64,000 bases of DNA, taken from positions 256,001 through 320,000 of the forward strand of contig CAUVXB020000001.1 in assembly GCA_963555825.3 (NCBI GenBank), read 5' to 3'. Shown here piece after piece: positions 9,258 to 19,751 of this stretch. Below the pieces are notes generated by a model that had not been told where the DNA came from, made no database searches, and was given only the letters and a program-made list of their open reading frames with translations. The translations under genes were made by a program, and so were the position numbers. This stretch comes from Alphaproteobacteria bacterium (GTDB lineage: Bacteria > Pseudomonadota > Alphaproteobacteria > JAAXGF01). How positions within the stretch are numbered: the stretch's first letter is position 1; every line of letters starts with the position of its first letter.

Positions 9258-11058
9258 GACGGGGCGGTAAAAAGTCGATTCCTCATGAGAGTCGGCTGGA
9301 TTATAATTGTGCATGTTTACTTTACGCGACCGACGGACTGGGGAATTGTTTGATCGCTGGTCCGATTTCGGGGACAAACGTCGGCGCCTGATGGAGCAAT
9401 CCTGGGCCGGGGTTTTTCGGAACCATCTGCTTGTCGAACTTCCGGTTGACGATCTTTGCCGTCACCTTGATGAACGCATGGGCCGACCATCGAAGGATCT
9501 ACACGTTGTCATCGGGGTCTTGCTTTTGCAGCAGCTGCACGATCTGAGCGATGCAGAGACCGTCGAGGCCCTGGCCTTCAATATGGCGTGGCACTATGCC
9601 TTGGACGTGCGCAGCGAAGCGGACAGCTATTTCTGTGAGAAAACCCTGCGCAACTATCGCCGTCTGTTTATCGAACAAGGTCTCGATGAATTGCTGTTCC
9701 GGTGTTTGACGGATCGGCTGGTGCAGGGGTTCTCTGTCGATACCAGCCACCAACGCATGGATTCGACGGCCCTTCGTTCGGCAATGCGGGCGCTGACACG
9801 ACTTGGTATCGTTGTTGAGAGCATCTCGAAGTTTGCCCGTGAGCTTGAGCGATATCATCCCGGTCTGCACGAGCAGATCAGCAAGGAGGTGATCCGCCGC
9901 TATGTCGATCGCGAGGGTAATGGCGCGTTCGCGAATACGGCGCCGAGTGTTTCAAAACGGCGCCTCGGCGAAGCGGGTCAGTATCTCCTAGCCCTGGTGC
10001 TGCAATTCCGTGACACGGCGGCGGCAAAGCTTTCCAGTTTTGCGATCCTGGAGAGGGTTCTGCGCGATCAGTTCGAGATCGTTGATGATGAGTATGGCGA
10101 TCGTGACGCAACGCGCGCCGCGATTCGAGATCCAAAGGATGTGCCGTGCGATACCGTCGGCAATCCGGCCGACCCGGACGCGAGCTACAACGCGCACAAG
10201 GGTCAAGGATACATGGCGCAGATCGTCGAAACCTATTGTGAAGATGTCAGTAACGAGGCGGTTGCCGCGACACCGGACCTCATCACCCACGTGGAGGTCC
10301 ACAAGATGACGGTGCATGACGGCCATCGCTTAGCCGATGCGCTGGATGATCTGAGCGAGCGCGCGCTGACGCCGGCGGTGATGCTGGGTGATTCACATTA
10401 CGGTTCCAGTGACAACATGGCTCTGACGCGCGAACAGAACATCAATCTCGTGGCGCCCGCACGACCGCCGAAAGGCGCCGTCTCGGGACGGTTGACGTTG
10501 GAGGATTTCACTCTCAACGAAGAAGGCTTGGTCTTGCGCTGTCCCAATAACGTCGAACCGGTTTCAGCCTCGCTCGCCAAAGCCAAGCTGCAGGCCCGTT
10601 TCGACCTCTCCATCTGCCAAAAATGTCCCGATATACTGCGATGTCCCGTGCAGGCGGCCAAGCGTGACGGCCAATTTTCCCGCTTTCAATATACCCCGGC
10701 CAGGGCTGCCAACCAAAAGCGCCGGCTTTATGAACAAAGCGATGCCTTCCGCAACGTCTACAGATGGCGGGCCGGCATAGAAGCGACCATGTCGCGATTA
10801 AAGTACCAGATGAACCTGGCTCACCTACGCATTCGCGGCATGCCGGCCATGCGCTACGTGGTCAATCTGCGTGCCCTCGGCCTCAATATCCGACGCTGCG
10901 CGGCAATCGCACCATAAAAAACGAAGCCAAGGAGAAGCCAAGGGTAGGTAATATCAGGTTTTATCCACCAGCAACGCGGAGACAGGCAAATATTCTTCAC
11001 CGAACCGCAAAGACCTGTACAAGCACGCCATCGGCCAACAACTTTTTACCGCCCCGTC
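9258..11058 (+). mobile_element. IS1182/IS5-like element (1801 bp)
   Basis: Perfect 18-bp IR GACGGGGCGGTAAAAAGT; 7-bp TSD GAATCTT at 9251-9257 and 11059-11065. Confidence 0.9.
9313..10917 (+). CDS. DDE transposase (IS1182/IS5-like)
   Basis: GRPS...LSDAE N-terminus; QRMDST, DPDAS, LGDSHYGS, YRWRAGIEATMSRLK; C-terminal Cys cluster. Confidence 0.88.
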   Translation: MFTLRDRRTGELFDRWSDFGDKRRRLMEQSWAGVFRNHLLVELPVDDLCRHLDERMGRPSKDLHVVIGVLLLQQLHDLSDAETVEALAFNMAWHYALDVRSEADSYFCEKTLRNYRRLFIEQGLDELLFRCLTDRLVQGFSVDTSHQRMDSTALRSAMRALTRLGIVVESISKFARELERYHPGLHEQISKEVIRRYVDREGNGAFANTAPSVSKRRLGEAGQYLLALVLQFRDTAAAKLSSFAILERVLRDQFEIVDDEYGDRDATRAAIRDPKDVPCDTVGNPADPDASYNAHKGQGYMAQIVETYCEDVSNEAVAATPDLITHVEVHKMTVHDGHRLADALDDLSERALTPAVMLGDSHYGSSDNMALTREQNINLVAPARPPKGAVSGRLTLEDFTLNEEGLVLRCPNNVEPVSASLAKAKLQARFDLSICQKCPDILRCPVQAAKRDGQFSRFQYTPARAANQKRRLYEQSDAFRNVYRWRAGIEATMSRLKYQMNLAHLRIRGMPAMRYVVNLRALGLNIRRCAAIAP

Positions 11059-11146
11059 GAATCTTGTGTACGGCGTTGAAATGAAGGCGGCGTATCCTGG
11101 TGATTGTTGATGTCACCACTTGAGCTAAGCCAAGGAAGGATACGCC

Positions 11147-12391
11147 ATGAAAGAGAATACCGTTGTTGCTTTTCAAAACCCATCTGATTTTCAGAAAGAT
11201 CCGTTGACGGAAGTCCTACAAGCTGGAGCTCGCGAGTTGTTGGCCCAAGCCGTTGAGGCCGAGGTCTCCGTGTTTTTGGGTAGCCATGCGGCGCTTGTTG
11301 ACGCCGCCGGCCGCCGCCGGGTTGTCCGCAATGGATATCTGCCGGAACGCTTCATCCAGACCGGGATCGGCCCGGTGAGCGTGCGCCAACCCCGTGTGCG
11401 GGACCGGGGGGACGGCGCCATCCGCTTCACGTCGGCGATCCTGCCGCGCTATCTGCGCCGCGCCAAGAGCCTGGAAGACCTTTTGCCATGGCTGTATCTG
11501 AAGGGCATTTCCACCGGCGACTTCGGGGAAGCCTTGGCGGCGCTCCTGGGGAGCTCCGCGCCGGGGCTTTCGGCCTCCACGATCACCCGGCTGAAAGAGG
11601 TCTGGGGGGTTGAGGCGGAGCGCTGGCAACGGCGCGACCTCACGGCCAAGCGCTACGTCTATTTCTGGGTGGACGGCATCTATTTCAGCGCCCGCATGGA
11701 GGAAGAGAAGCAGTGCATCCTGGTGATCGTCGGGGCCACGGACAAGGGACAGAAGGAACTGATCGCCATCGCCGACGGCTATCGCGAAAGTGAGCAGTCC
11801 TGGCTCGAAGTTCTGCTCGATCTCAAGCGGCGCGGCCTTGAAATGGGTCCGCAACTGGCGCTCGGCGACGGCGCGCTCGGCTTCTGGAAGGCGCTCCGCC
11901 AAGTCTACCCAGGCGCCCGCGAGCAACGCTGCTGGGTTCACAAGACGGGCAACGTCTTGAACAAGCTGCCCAAGGGTCTGCAAAAGAAAGCCAAGGGGCG
12001 CCTGCAAGACATCTGGATGGCCGAAACCAGGAAGGATGCCGAGAGCGCCTTCGACTTCTTCCTGGAAGCCTACGGGCCGAAGTACGACAAGGCCGCGGCC
12101 TGCCTGGCCAAGGACCGCGACGTCCTGCTGACGTTCTACGACTTCCCCGCCGAGCACTGGAAGCATGTACGCACGACCAACCCCATCGAGAGCACGTTCG
12201 CCACGGTTCGTCTGCGCACCTACCGGACCAAGGGCTGCCTGTCGCGCAAGACGGCGATGGCCATGGTCTTCAAACTATGCCAGTGCGCTCAGAGAAAATG
12301 GAGAAAACTCGATGGATCGAACCATCTCGCCGAGATCATTCGCGGCGTCAAATTCGTAGATGGAGAACGCCAGGATCGCGCCGCCGCATGA
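11147..12391 (+). CDS. IS256-family (mutator) transposase
   Basis: RNGY, LYLKGISTGD, WVDGIY, GDGALGFW, QRCWVHK, RTTNPIES. Confidence 0.95.
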   Translation: MKENTVVAFQNPSDFQKDPLTEVLQAGARELLAQAVEAEVSVFLGSHAALVDAAGRRRVVRNGYLPERFIQTGIGPVSVRQPRVRDRGDGAIRFTSAILPRYLRRAKSLEDLLPWLYLKGISTGDFGEALAALLGSSAPGLSASTITRLKEVWGVEAERWQRRDLTAKRYVYFWVDGIYFSARMEEEKQCILVIVGATDKGQKELIAIADGYRESEQSWLEVLLDLKRRGLEMGPQLALGDGALGFWKALRQVYPGAREQRCWVHKTGNVLNKLPKGLQKKAKGRLQDIWMAETRKDAESAFDFFLEAYGPKYDKAAACLAKDRDVLLTFYDFPAEHWKHVRTTNPIESTFATVRLRTYRTKGCLSRKTAMAMVFKLCQCAQRKWRKLDGSNHLAEIIRGVKFVDGERQDRAAA

Positions 12392-12548
12392 TCAGCCCAT
12401 ACACAACTTTTGACAATAGCTCGCCTTGTCGCACGGATACACTCGTGTGCACTAGTAGCCGCCGACTCTAGGCTTCTCTAAAGAGTGCGATTTGATTAAC
12501 TTCTGTGAACAGAAGTGAATTGCGTGATCATGCGTGAAGCCAGGAACT

Positions 12549-12570
12549 TGTAACCCGGAATGTAACCCGA
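12549..12570 (+). repeat. Putative integrase arm-type sites, left end of the radC island
   Basis: TGTAACCCGG-AA-TGTAACCCGA; a matching pair TGTAACCACGG-TGTAACCCGG lies at 18281-18301. Confidence 0.55.
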
Positions 12571-13346
12571 TGGCCAAGAAAATTCTGAAAACCATGCCAA
12601 AAGTTATGCTGGATGACATGGCGACACACATCGTTCCGTGGGGAAAACTACGGCGAGATTTTCTCGAGGGAGTAGGTTTTGCACAGGGACTAGAGCTAGA
12701 AACTCGCGAAAAAGGAGAAAGGCGGGCTGTCGAAGATGGTGTGAAAATAGGTCGTCGGCGCCGAAGGCAAAAACGAGATGCCAAGAACCTTCAGAAGAAA
12801 CCCGGGCTGTCCAAGCTCGACTTGGCGCAGGGGTCTGATCCCCCTTACACGTATTCCCCGTTTCGCACCCAAATCGATCAAGAATTGCTCTCTCTCGCTT
12901 TGGATTATGTCCGTGATCCTCCCCCCGTGATTCAAGACTCTTTGGAGAAAGAGATCGCTTCCACCACATTTGTCGAAGCTTGGGGGAAGTTCAGTTATGC
13001 GCTCGGGATCATCGACGCCAACTATATGGGTCACGGCGATGGGCTGTACAACGAGCGACGCGGTGGTCTGGGGCGCGGAGAATCGAGTAGTGACTGGCAC
13101 AAACAGTACTTCGTCGATTGGGTTTCAGCCTACATGAGCCGATTGCAGGCAGAGCGCGGGAATCCGCAAGGACACGACAGAGACTGGCGAAAACACGGTG
13201 AACGCGCATTTGTGGATTTTGTTACCAAGGTACTATCTGGCTCTGGCGAACAAGCAGCTCCGGAGGGGGATCCAACCTGGTTTAAGGAATTCATCAAAGT
13301 CGACGCGAAGAAGCCTGGATTGGGACCCGAGCTTAAGAAGACTTAC
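12570..13346 (+). pseudogene. Island cargo hypothetical protein truncated by IS1380
   Basis: Lower-GC ORF of about 260 aa that runs into the IS1380 left end at 13347; no family recognised. Confidence 0.6.
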
Positions 13347-14090
13347 CCCGCATTTCCCAAGTATCGTCGATATTCAGTGCGGCGAGAAGGCGATTCTGCT
13401 ATAAGAATCATGAAGTTGTAGCATACATGGAGCGGCGGATATGGCACACCCGATGGGTGAATCGAAACCGGGGTGCCTTCGGGTCGTTTTTGACCGTCGA
13501 TTGAAGCTTGAATTCCACGGTTCCAAGATCACCTCTGATGCCGGGTTGCTCGCCTACCGGGAGCTTGACGATGCCCTCGGCCTGACTGAGATGGCCGAGG
13601 GTGTTTTCCAGGATAGCCGTACCGGCAAGAACGGATGGCACGGCATGACGGGTCAGTTTCGCCAGTCCGTTTTCGGGCGCCTTGGCGGCTATGACGATGT
13701 GAACGACGCCGACCGTCTGGGACGCGATCCCGCCATGCGCTGGATTGTTGGCGGCAAGGCCATCGAAAGACAGGCCGCTTCCACCAGCCAGATGGGACGC
13801 TTCGAGACGGAGCTATTGGCCACCGACGAGAACGTTGAAGCCTTGGTCGACATGAACGGGGTGTGGATCGACAAGGTTCATGACCGCCATCCGCCGAAGA
13901 TGATCATTCTCGACATGGACAGCAGCGTCAGCCCGACCCATGGCGAACAAGAGGGAACAGCGTACAATGGTCACTTCGGCTGTACCTGCTAGCATCCGCT
14001 ATTCCTGTTCAACCAGTTCGGCGACTTGGAGAGATGTTCCCTGCGCCCCGGTAATGTTCACAGTGCCGACGGATGGCGGAATGTTCTGGA
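13347..14090 (+). mobile_element. IS1380-family element, 5' half only, with internal amber stop
   Basis: Identical to the left end of the 23871 copy (CCCGCATTTCCCAAG); TAG at 13990-13992; cut off by the IS at 14091. Confidence 0.92.
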
Positions 14091-15510
14091 TGAGTCGGAC
14101 CCGATTTCCTTGGACACAGAATTGGCTTAATCGAAGTGTCCAAGGAGGACCGGAACATGACCGACAATTTTGAGAACAAAGTTGCTGTTGATGGGCCTGT
14201 GGTAAACGAGGGCGAGCTTGGCTCGTCCACGTTTTCCCCGGGCCAGGTTTCGCCGGCAGGCCCGCTGGGACTTGGCCAGCGGTGGACGGTGACGCGCAAG
14301 CGTGAGGTTGCCCTGCGGCTTTTGCGTGGCGAGCCGGTGGAACTTTTGTCGCGGCAGTTGGGCGTGGAGATTTTCCGGCTCGAGCAGTGGCGTGAGAAGG
14401 CGATCGCCGGGATCGATGCCTCGCTCAAGGAACGCAAGGGCGATCCGGTGAAGGCGGAACTGGACATCGCCATGAAGCGGATCGGGGAGTTGATCATGCA
14501 GGTGGAACTGCTGGAGGCCAAGACGGAGACGTCCGGCCCTTTGGGGCGGCGGAGGTCGCGGCGATGAGTGCCGCCACCTCTCCCGGCACGGGTTTGGCCT
14601 ACGGCCTCCAGCGGGTCTGTGCGGCCTGGGGTTTTGCCCGTTCCTCGTTCTACGCCATGAAATCCCGGCAGCAGGCCACCGCTGAGCGCCCACCAGCAAA
14701 GCGCCGGGGACCGAAGCCCTCGATCTCGGACGAGGCTCTGCTGGTGGCCATCGAGGCCGACCTGGAGGCATCCCCCTGGGAGGGCGAGGGACACCGCAAG
14801 GTCTGGGCTCGGCTTCGGGTCTGTCGTGGCATCCGTGTTTCCCGCAAGCGGGGGCTCCGGGTGATGCGCGAGAACAACCTGCTCTCGCCCCATCGCTGCC
14901 GCCGCCGTGGCGGAAATCCCCATGTCGGTGAGATCATCACCCATGCCCCCAACCTCATGTGGGGCACGGACGGCGTTCGGGTGTTCACGGTGGACGACGG
15001 CTGGGGCTGGATATTCACCGCCATCGAGCATTGGAACGCCGAGTGCGTCGGCTGGCATGTGTGCAAGCGAGGCGACCGCTTCGCCGCCCTTCAGCCGATC
15101 TCCATGGGGCTTGCGAGGCTGTATGCCTCGACCTCCGCCGGTGCGGCGCGGGGGCTGGCCTTGCGGATGGATCACGGCTCCCAGTATCTGTCGGACCACT
15201 TCACCAACCAGATCAAGTTCTGGGGCATCCAGCCGTCCTACGCCTTCGTCGAACAGCCCCAGACCAACGGCGTCGCCGAGAGGTTCAATCGCACGCTCAA
15301 GGAACAGATCATCCATGGCCGCATCTACCGCAACATCGCGGAGCTGCGGAACGCCGTCCGCGGGTTCGTCGAACAGTACAATGCCCAGTGGATCGTGGAG
15401 AAGAACGGCTACCTGAGCCCCGCTCAAGCTCGTCAGGCGTGGCACACCGCGATGTCACTCAGGCCCGCCGCATGAGACAAACTTGTGTCCAAGGAACCGG
15501 GTGCGATACA
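14091..15510 (+). mobile_element. IS3/IS481-like element, copy 2 (no TSD)
   Basis: Same ends and ORFs as 4793-6212 (OrfA 14157-14567, OrfB 14564-15475); flanks are not duplicated. Confidence 0.93.
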
Positions 15511-15760
15511 AAACATCATACGACGAAGAGCTCGGACGCCACTGTTACATCTTTCAGCGTTTTGCCGATTGTCAATGGCGGAGCAAAAAGGGACCACCTC
15601 GGCGGTGTAAGAAGGGACCGCTTGGCGGCTGCGGGCTTGTCCCCGTAGTCCACGGGAGGGCCCCGCGCGCGACGCGGCGTGCCCTCAACAGGCTGACGCG
15701 GCGGCGCGCGCGGGAGGGACCTGTGGGCCCACGGGGTCAAGCGTGGGCTGGGTGGTCGGT

Positions 15761-16525
15761 TCAGTTAGCAGTCGGGGTTTGACGCCTGCGGCTCTGGTTG
15801 AGCCTGTAGCTGTCACCGTTCATCTCGAGGATGTTGACGTGGTGGGTGAGGCGATCGAGGAGCGCGCCGGTGAGGCGCTCGGAGCCGAACACCTCGGTCC
15901 ATTCGTCGAAGGGCAGATTGGTGGTGACCAGGGTCGAGCCCCGCTCGTAGCGTTGGCTGAACACCTCGAACAACAGCTCGGCGCCGGTCTTCGACAGCGG
16001 CACGAAGCCGAGTTCGTCGACGATCAGAAGCTTGTAGGTGGCGAGCTTCTTCTGGAACCTCAGCAGCTGCTTGTCATCGCGGGCCTCGATGAGTTCGTGG
16101 ACCAGCGCGGCGGCGGTGATGAAGCCGACCGAGAGGCCCTTCTGGCAGGCCGCCAGGCCGAGACCGAGGGCGATGTGGGTCTTGCCGGTCCCACTGTTGC
16201 CGAGCGCGATGAGGTTCTCGCGGCGCTCGATGTACTCGCAGCGGGCCAGCTCCAGGACCAGCGCCTTGTTGAGCGAGGGGATGACCTTGAAGTCGAAGCT
16301 GTCGAGGCTCTTGACCACGGGGAAGCGCGCCGCCTTGATGCGCCGCTCGACCATGCGGCGCTCGCGGTCGATCAGCTCGAGCTCGGCGAGTCTCAACAGG
16401 TAGCGGACGTGATCGACGCCTTCCGAGGCGCACTGCCGGGCGATCTTGTCGTACTCGCGCAGGAAGGTCGGCAGCTTCAGCGTCTTGAGGTGGTGGGCGA
16501 GCAGCACTTGCGGTGTGTCGGTCAT
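15761..16525 (-). CDS. istB: IS21 helper ATPase IstB
   Basis: Walker A GNSGTGKTH; LLIVDELGF; LLDRLTHH. Confidence 0.95.
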   Translation of the reverse strand: MTDTPQVLLAHHLKTLKLPTFLREYDKIARQCASEGVDHVRYLLRLAELELIDRERRMVERRIKAARFPVVKSLDSFDFKVIPSLNKALVLELARCEYIERRENLIALGNSGTGKTHIALGLGLAACQKGLSVGFITAAALVHELIEARDDKQLLRFQKKLATYKLLIVDELGFVPLSKTGAELLFEVFSQRYERGSTLVTTNLPFDEWTEVFGSERLTGALLDRLTHHVNILEMNGDSYRLNQSRRRQTPTAN

Positions 16526-18021
16526 GCGCCGAGCCCCGACAGCAGGCTCATGTACGACTTGGCGGACGTCATCGCGACCCGGGCGCGCGGCAGATACGGA
16601 TAGACGTCGAGGTTGAGCCTGGGCGGCCGCCGCTCGATGCGGCACAGTACCAGGTGCTTCACCGCATCAAAGCCGATTGCGCCGAGCCGCAGGGCGTCGC
16701 CGACCGCACCCTCGACCTCCTCGAGCCGGAAGGTCTCCAGTAGACGGAGCACCTGGACGTACTCGCGCTTGCCTGCCTTGCCCATACGAGCTTCGAGGAG
16801 CCGCCGCAGAGTGATGAAGGCCTCGGGCAGGTCCCAGCCCGCCAATGGCGCGGCCTGGTCGAGGGCGCCGATCTTCTGCTCGATCAAGGGCAGGTAATGC
16901 AGCGGGTCGAAGATCAGGTCCTCGCTGTCGTAGGACCGGCGGTGCCGGGCGATCACCTCGGCCCCGCAGCTGATCACCACCTCATCGACGTAGCCCCGGA
17001 TGAGCACCTCACGGTGGCCGTAGGCCACGGGCACGGAATAGTCGTTGCTGCGGTAACGCACCAGCGACAGCGAACTCGCCCGTCCAGGGCGCTTATCGCA
17101 GGCATCATAGGGAGCAGGCGGCAATGGCAAGAGAACTTGACGATCCCGCTCGAGACGCTCGCCGATGGTCTCCTTGTGGCCCCGCAGCCGCGCCGCCTGG
17201 CGCCGGCGGCACTGTTCGGCGAGAGCATCGTTGAGGGCCGCGAAGCTCTCGGCACGCGGGACGGGGACCAGGAAGTTCCGCCGGATGAAGCCGACCAGTC
17301 CCTCGACCTTGCCCTTGTCGTTGCCCTTGCCCGGCCGGCCGAACCTGTCCTCGAACAGATAGTGGGACTGAAGCTCCGTGAAGACGCGCGTTCGCTGCCG
17401 CTTCCCATCGCCCAGGATCCGGGCAACCGCCAGCTTGGTGTTGTCGTACAGGATGGATCGGGGGACGCCGCCGAAGAAGGCAAACGCCGCGTTGTGGCCA
17501 TCGCAGAATGCTTCGGTCGTCTCCGCCGGATAGGCCGCAACAAAGCAACCATCACTGTGGGGAAGGTCGAAGGCAAGGAAGTGGATCTTCCGTAACGCGC
17601 CGCCGATCACCGCCATCGCTTCGCCGAAGTCCGCCTGGGCGTGACCGGGGGAATGGGAGAGTGGCACGAACACCTCACGCGACCGAAGCCCCTGCTCACG
17701 AACGTAGTCCTTCACGATGGTGTAGCCGCCCGTGAAACCGTACTCGTCCCGGAGGCGGTCGAAGATGCGCTTCGCAGTGTGCCGTTGCTTGCGGTGGCTG
17801 GTCCGATCGTCTTCCAAGATCCGATCGATGATTCCCGTGAACGGACCCAGCTTTGGCCGCCTCGGCGGCGCGCTTCGGCGATACCCTGGCGGCACCGAGA
17901 ACGACAGCATCTTACGGACCGTCTTGCGGTCTACACCAAACACCCGCGAGGCCTCGCGGGTGCTCATCCCCTCGACATGACACGCCCGCCGAACCCGTGC
18001 GTACAACTCCACCCGATACAT
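16522..18021 (-). CDS. istA: IS21 transposase IstA
   Basis: QADFG, LYDN, KGKVEGLVG DDE motifs; ATG 18021 (MYRVELYARVRR). Confidence 0.95.
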   Translation of the reverse strand: MYRVELYARVRRACHVEGMSTREASRVFGVDRKTVRKMLSFSVPPGYRRSAPPRRPKLGPFTGIIDRILEDDRTSHRKQRHTAKRIFDRLRDEYGFTGGYTIVKDYVREQGLRSREVFVPLSHSPGHAQADFGEAMAVIGGALRKIHFLAFDLPHSDGCFVAAYPAETTEAFCDGHNAAFAFFGGVPRSILYDNTKLAVARILGDGKRQRTRVFTELQSHYLFEDRFGRPGKGNDKGKVEGLVGFIRRNFLVPVPRAESFAALNDALAEQCRRRQAARLRGHKETIGERLERDRQVLLPLPPAPYDACDKRPGRASSLSLVRYRSNDYSVPVAYGHREVLIRGYVDEVVISCGAEVIARHRRSYDSEDLIFDPLHYLPLIEQKIGALDQAAPLAGWDLPEAFITLRRLLEARMGKAGKREYVQVLRLLETFRLEEVEGAVGDALRLGAIGFDAVKHLVLCRIERRPPRLNLDVYPYLPRARVAMTSAKSYMSLLSGLGA

Positions 18022-18139
18022 CCCCCCCGCCTTCCAGTCAGAGCAACCCTGACAGAAGGCTATACGCGGTCCCATTTTGGTCCGCCGCAGCCGGATCGAC
18101 CGGCCGCTTCAGTGGGGGATTATTGCTCTGCCGTTCTCA

Positions 18140-18296
18140 AGTCGGATTGGTGTCGAAACTCGCCGGACACGCTAACGCCAACGTGACGCTCGGGCACTAT
18201 ACGCAAGCCGTGCGCGGGGGTATGGAAGCGGTTGAGGGATTGGCATTGGCGTACGAGGCAGCCGACGGTGCACCGCAACATGTAACCACGGTGTAA
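18140..18296 (+). pseudogene. C-terminal remnant of the island tyrosine recombinase
   Basis: VSKLAGHANANVTLGHYTQA = box II (GH...T..Y) of tyrosine integrases; 5' part removed at the IS21 end. Confidence 0.75.
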
Positions 18297-18307
18297 CCCG
18301 GCGTATC

Positions 18308-18895
18308 TCACGCGGCCAAAAACAGCGGTTCTTCGGGCTCTGGTTCACCGCTCGGGTGATTGTGCACCATGACGATCGCCGAGGCGCCGAGTTCGAGGGC
18401 GCGCTTGACGACCTCGCGCGGATAGACCGGCGTGTGGTCGACGGTGCCGGTCTGCTGTAGCTCGTCGGCGATCAGGATGTTCTTGTTGTTCAGGAAAAGG
18501 ACGCGGAACTGCTCGGTCTTGCCGTAGCCCATGGTCGCCCGACAGTACGCCAGCACCTTCTCCCAGGAACCCAGGATCGGCTTATCCATGACATCTTCAC
18601 GCATCAGCCTGAGCGCGGCGGCCTGGACCGACTTGAGCGTGACGATCACCGACTCTCCCGCGCCCGCCGTCTCGGCGAGACGTTCGGTGTCGGCGCTGAT
18701 CACCTCGGCGAAGCTGCCGAAGCGGTTCATCAGGGCCTTGGCGAGAGGCTTAACGTCGGCGCGTGGCCGCGCCATGAAGAGCAGAAGCTCGAGCAGTTCG
18801 TAATCCGCCAGGCCGTCGGCGCCGACCTTGAGGAAGCGCTCGCGCAGCCGCTTGCGGTGGCCGGTGTAATGGGGCTTTTCGGGCGCGGCGGCCAT
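18308..18895 (-). pseudogene. radC: radC 5' fragment with an island-derived tail
   Basis: [45 protein letters not shown], then non-Rad[13 protein letters not shown]. Confidence 0.92.
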
Positions 18896-18905
18896 CGCGG
18901 CGCGC

Positions 18906-19742
18906 TCAGTCGAACGGCGGCTGATGCTTGTCGGCCGGCGACAGGGTGAAGATCTCGTGGCCGGCCGCGGTGACCCCGATCGAATGCTCGAACTGTGCCG
19001 ACAGCGACCGGTCCTTGGTTACCGCCGTCCAGCCGTCGCTCAGAATTTTTACCTCGTAGCGGCCCAGATTGATCATCGGTTCGACGGTGAAAAACATGCC
19101 CTCGCGCAGCATCGGCCCTTCCCCGGGCCGGCCGTAGTGAACGATGTTGGGCGCGTCGTGGAACACGCGGCCCAGGCCGTGGCCACAGAAATCGCGCACC
19201 ACCGAGCAGCGCTCGGCCTCGGCGTAAATCTGGATGGCGTGGCCGATGTCGCCGACCGTGGCGCCGGGCTTGACCACGGCGATGCCGCGCAACATCGCTT
19301 CATAGGTCACGTCGATCAGGCGGCGCGCTTTGCGCGACACGTCGCCGATGTAGAACATACGGCTGGTATCGCCGTGCCAGCCATCGAGGATGACGGTGAC
19401 GTCGATGTTGACGACGTCGCCTTTCTGCAGGCGCTTGTCGCCAGGAATGCCGTGGCAGACGACGTGGTTGACCGACGTGCAGATCGATTTCGGAAAACCG
19501 CGGTAGCCGAGCGGTGCCGGTATCGCGTCGTGATCGAGGATGAATTCGTGGCACAGCCGGTCGAGCTCCCCGGTCGACACGCCGGGCACGACGAACGGAA
19601 TGATGTAGTCGAGCGCTTCGGCGCCAAGCCGCCCGGCGCGCCGCATGCTCTCGAAATCCTCGGGCCCGTACACGCGGATGCCTTCCGCCGTGCGCGTGCC
19701 GCTACCCGGTGCCGTTGCTCGCAGTTGCGACAATGACGTCAT
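18906..19742 (-). CDS. map: Type I methionine aminopeptidase
   Basis: [39 protein letters not shown]. Confidence 0.97.
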   Translation of the reverse strand: MTSLSQLRATAPGSGTRTAEGIRVYGPEDFESMRRAGRLGAEALDYIIPFVVPGVSTGELDRLCHEFILDHDAIPAPLGYRGFPKSICTSVNHVVCHGIPGDKRLQKGDVVNIDVTVILDGWHGDTSRMFYIGDVSRKARRLIDVTYEAMLRGIAVVKPGATVGDIGHAIQIYAEAERCSVVRDFCGHGLGRVFHDAPNIVHYGRPGEGPMLREGMFFTVEPMINLGRYEVKILSDGWTAVTKDRSLSAQFEHSIGVTAAGHEIFTLSPADKHQPPFD

Positions 19743-19751
19743 TATTTCGAT

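Larger units (their letters stand above)
9240..12422 (+). mobile_element. IS256-family element whose left IR is interrupted by a second IS
   Basis: 9-bp TSD GCCTTGTCG at 9231-9239 and 12423-12431; rebuilt left IR GAGCTATAACCGAATCTTGTGTA vs right IR (reverse complement) GAGCTATTGTCAAAAGTTGTGTA. Confidence 0.88.
15570..18139 (-). mobile_element. IS21-family element
   Basis: TG...CA ends TGTCAATGGCGGAGCAAAA / TATTGCTCTGCCGTTCTCA with internal repeats; istA-istB; no TSD. Confidence 0.92.
9181..18358. mobile_element. Decayed tyrosine-integrase genomic island integrated in radC
   Basis: 11-bp direct repeat CCGCTCGGGTG at 9181-9191 and 18348-18358; integrase remnant next to the right end; radC halves on either side. 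Confidence 0.85.
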
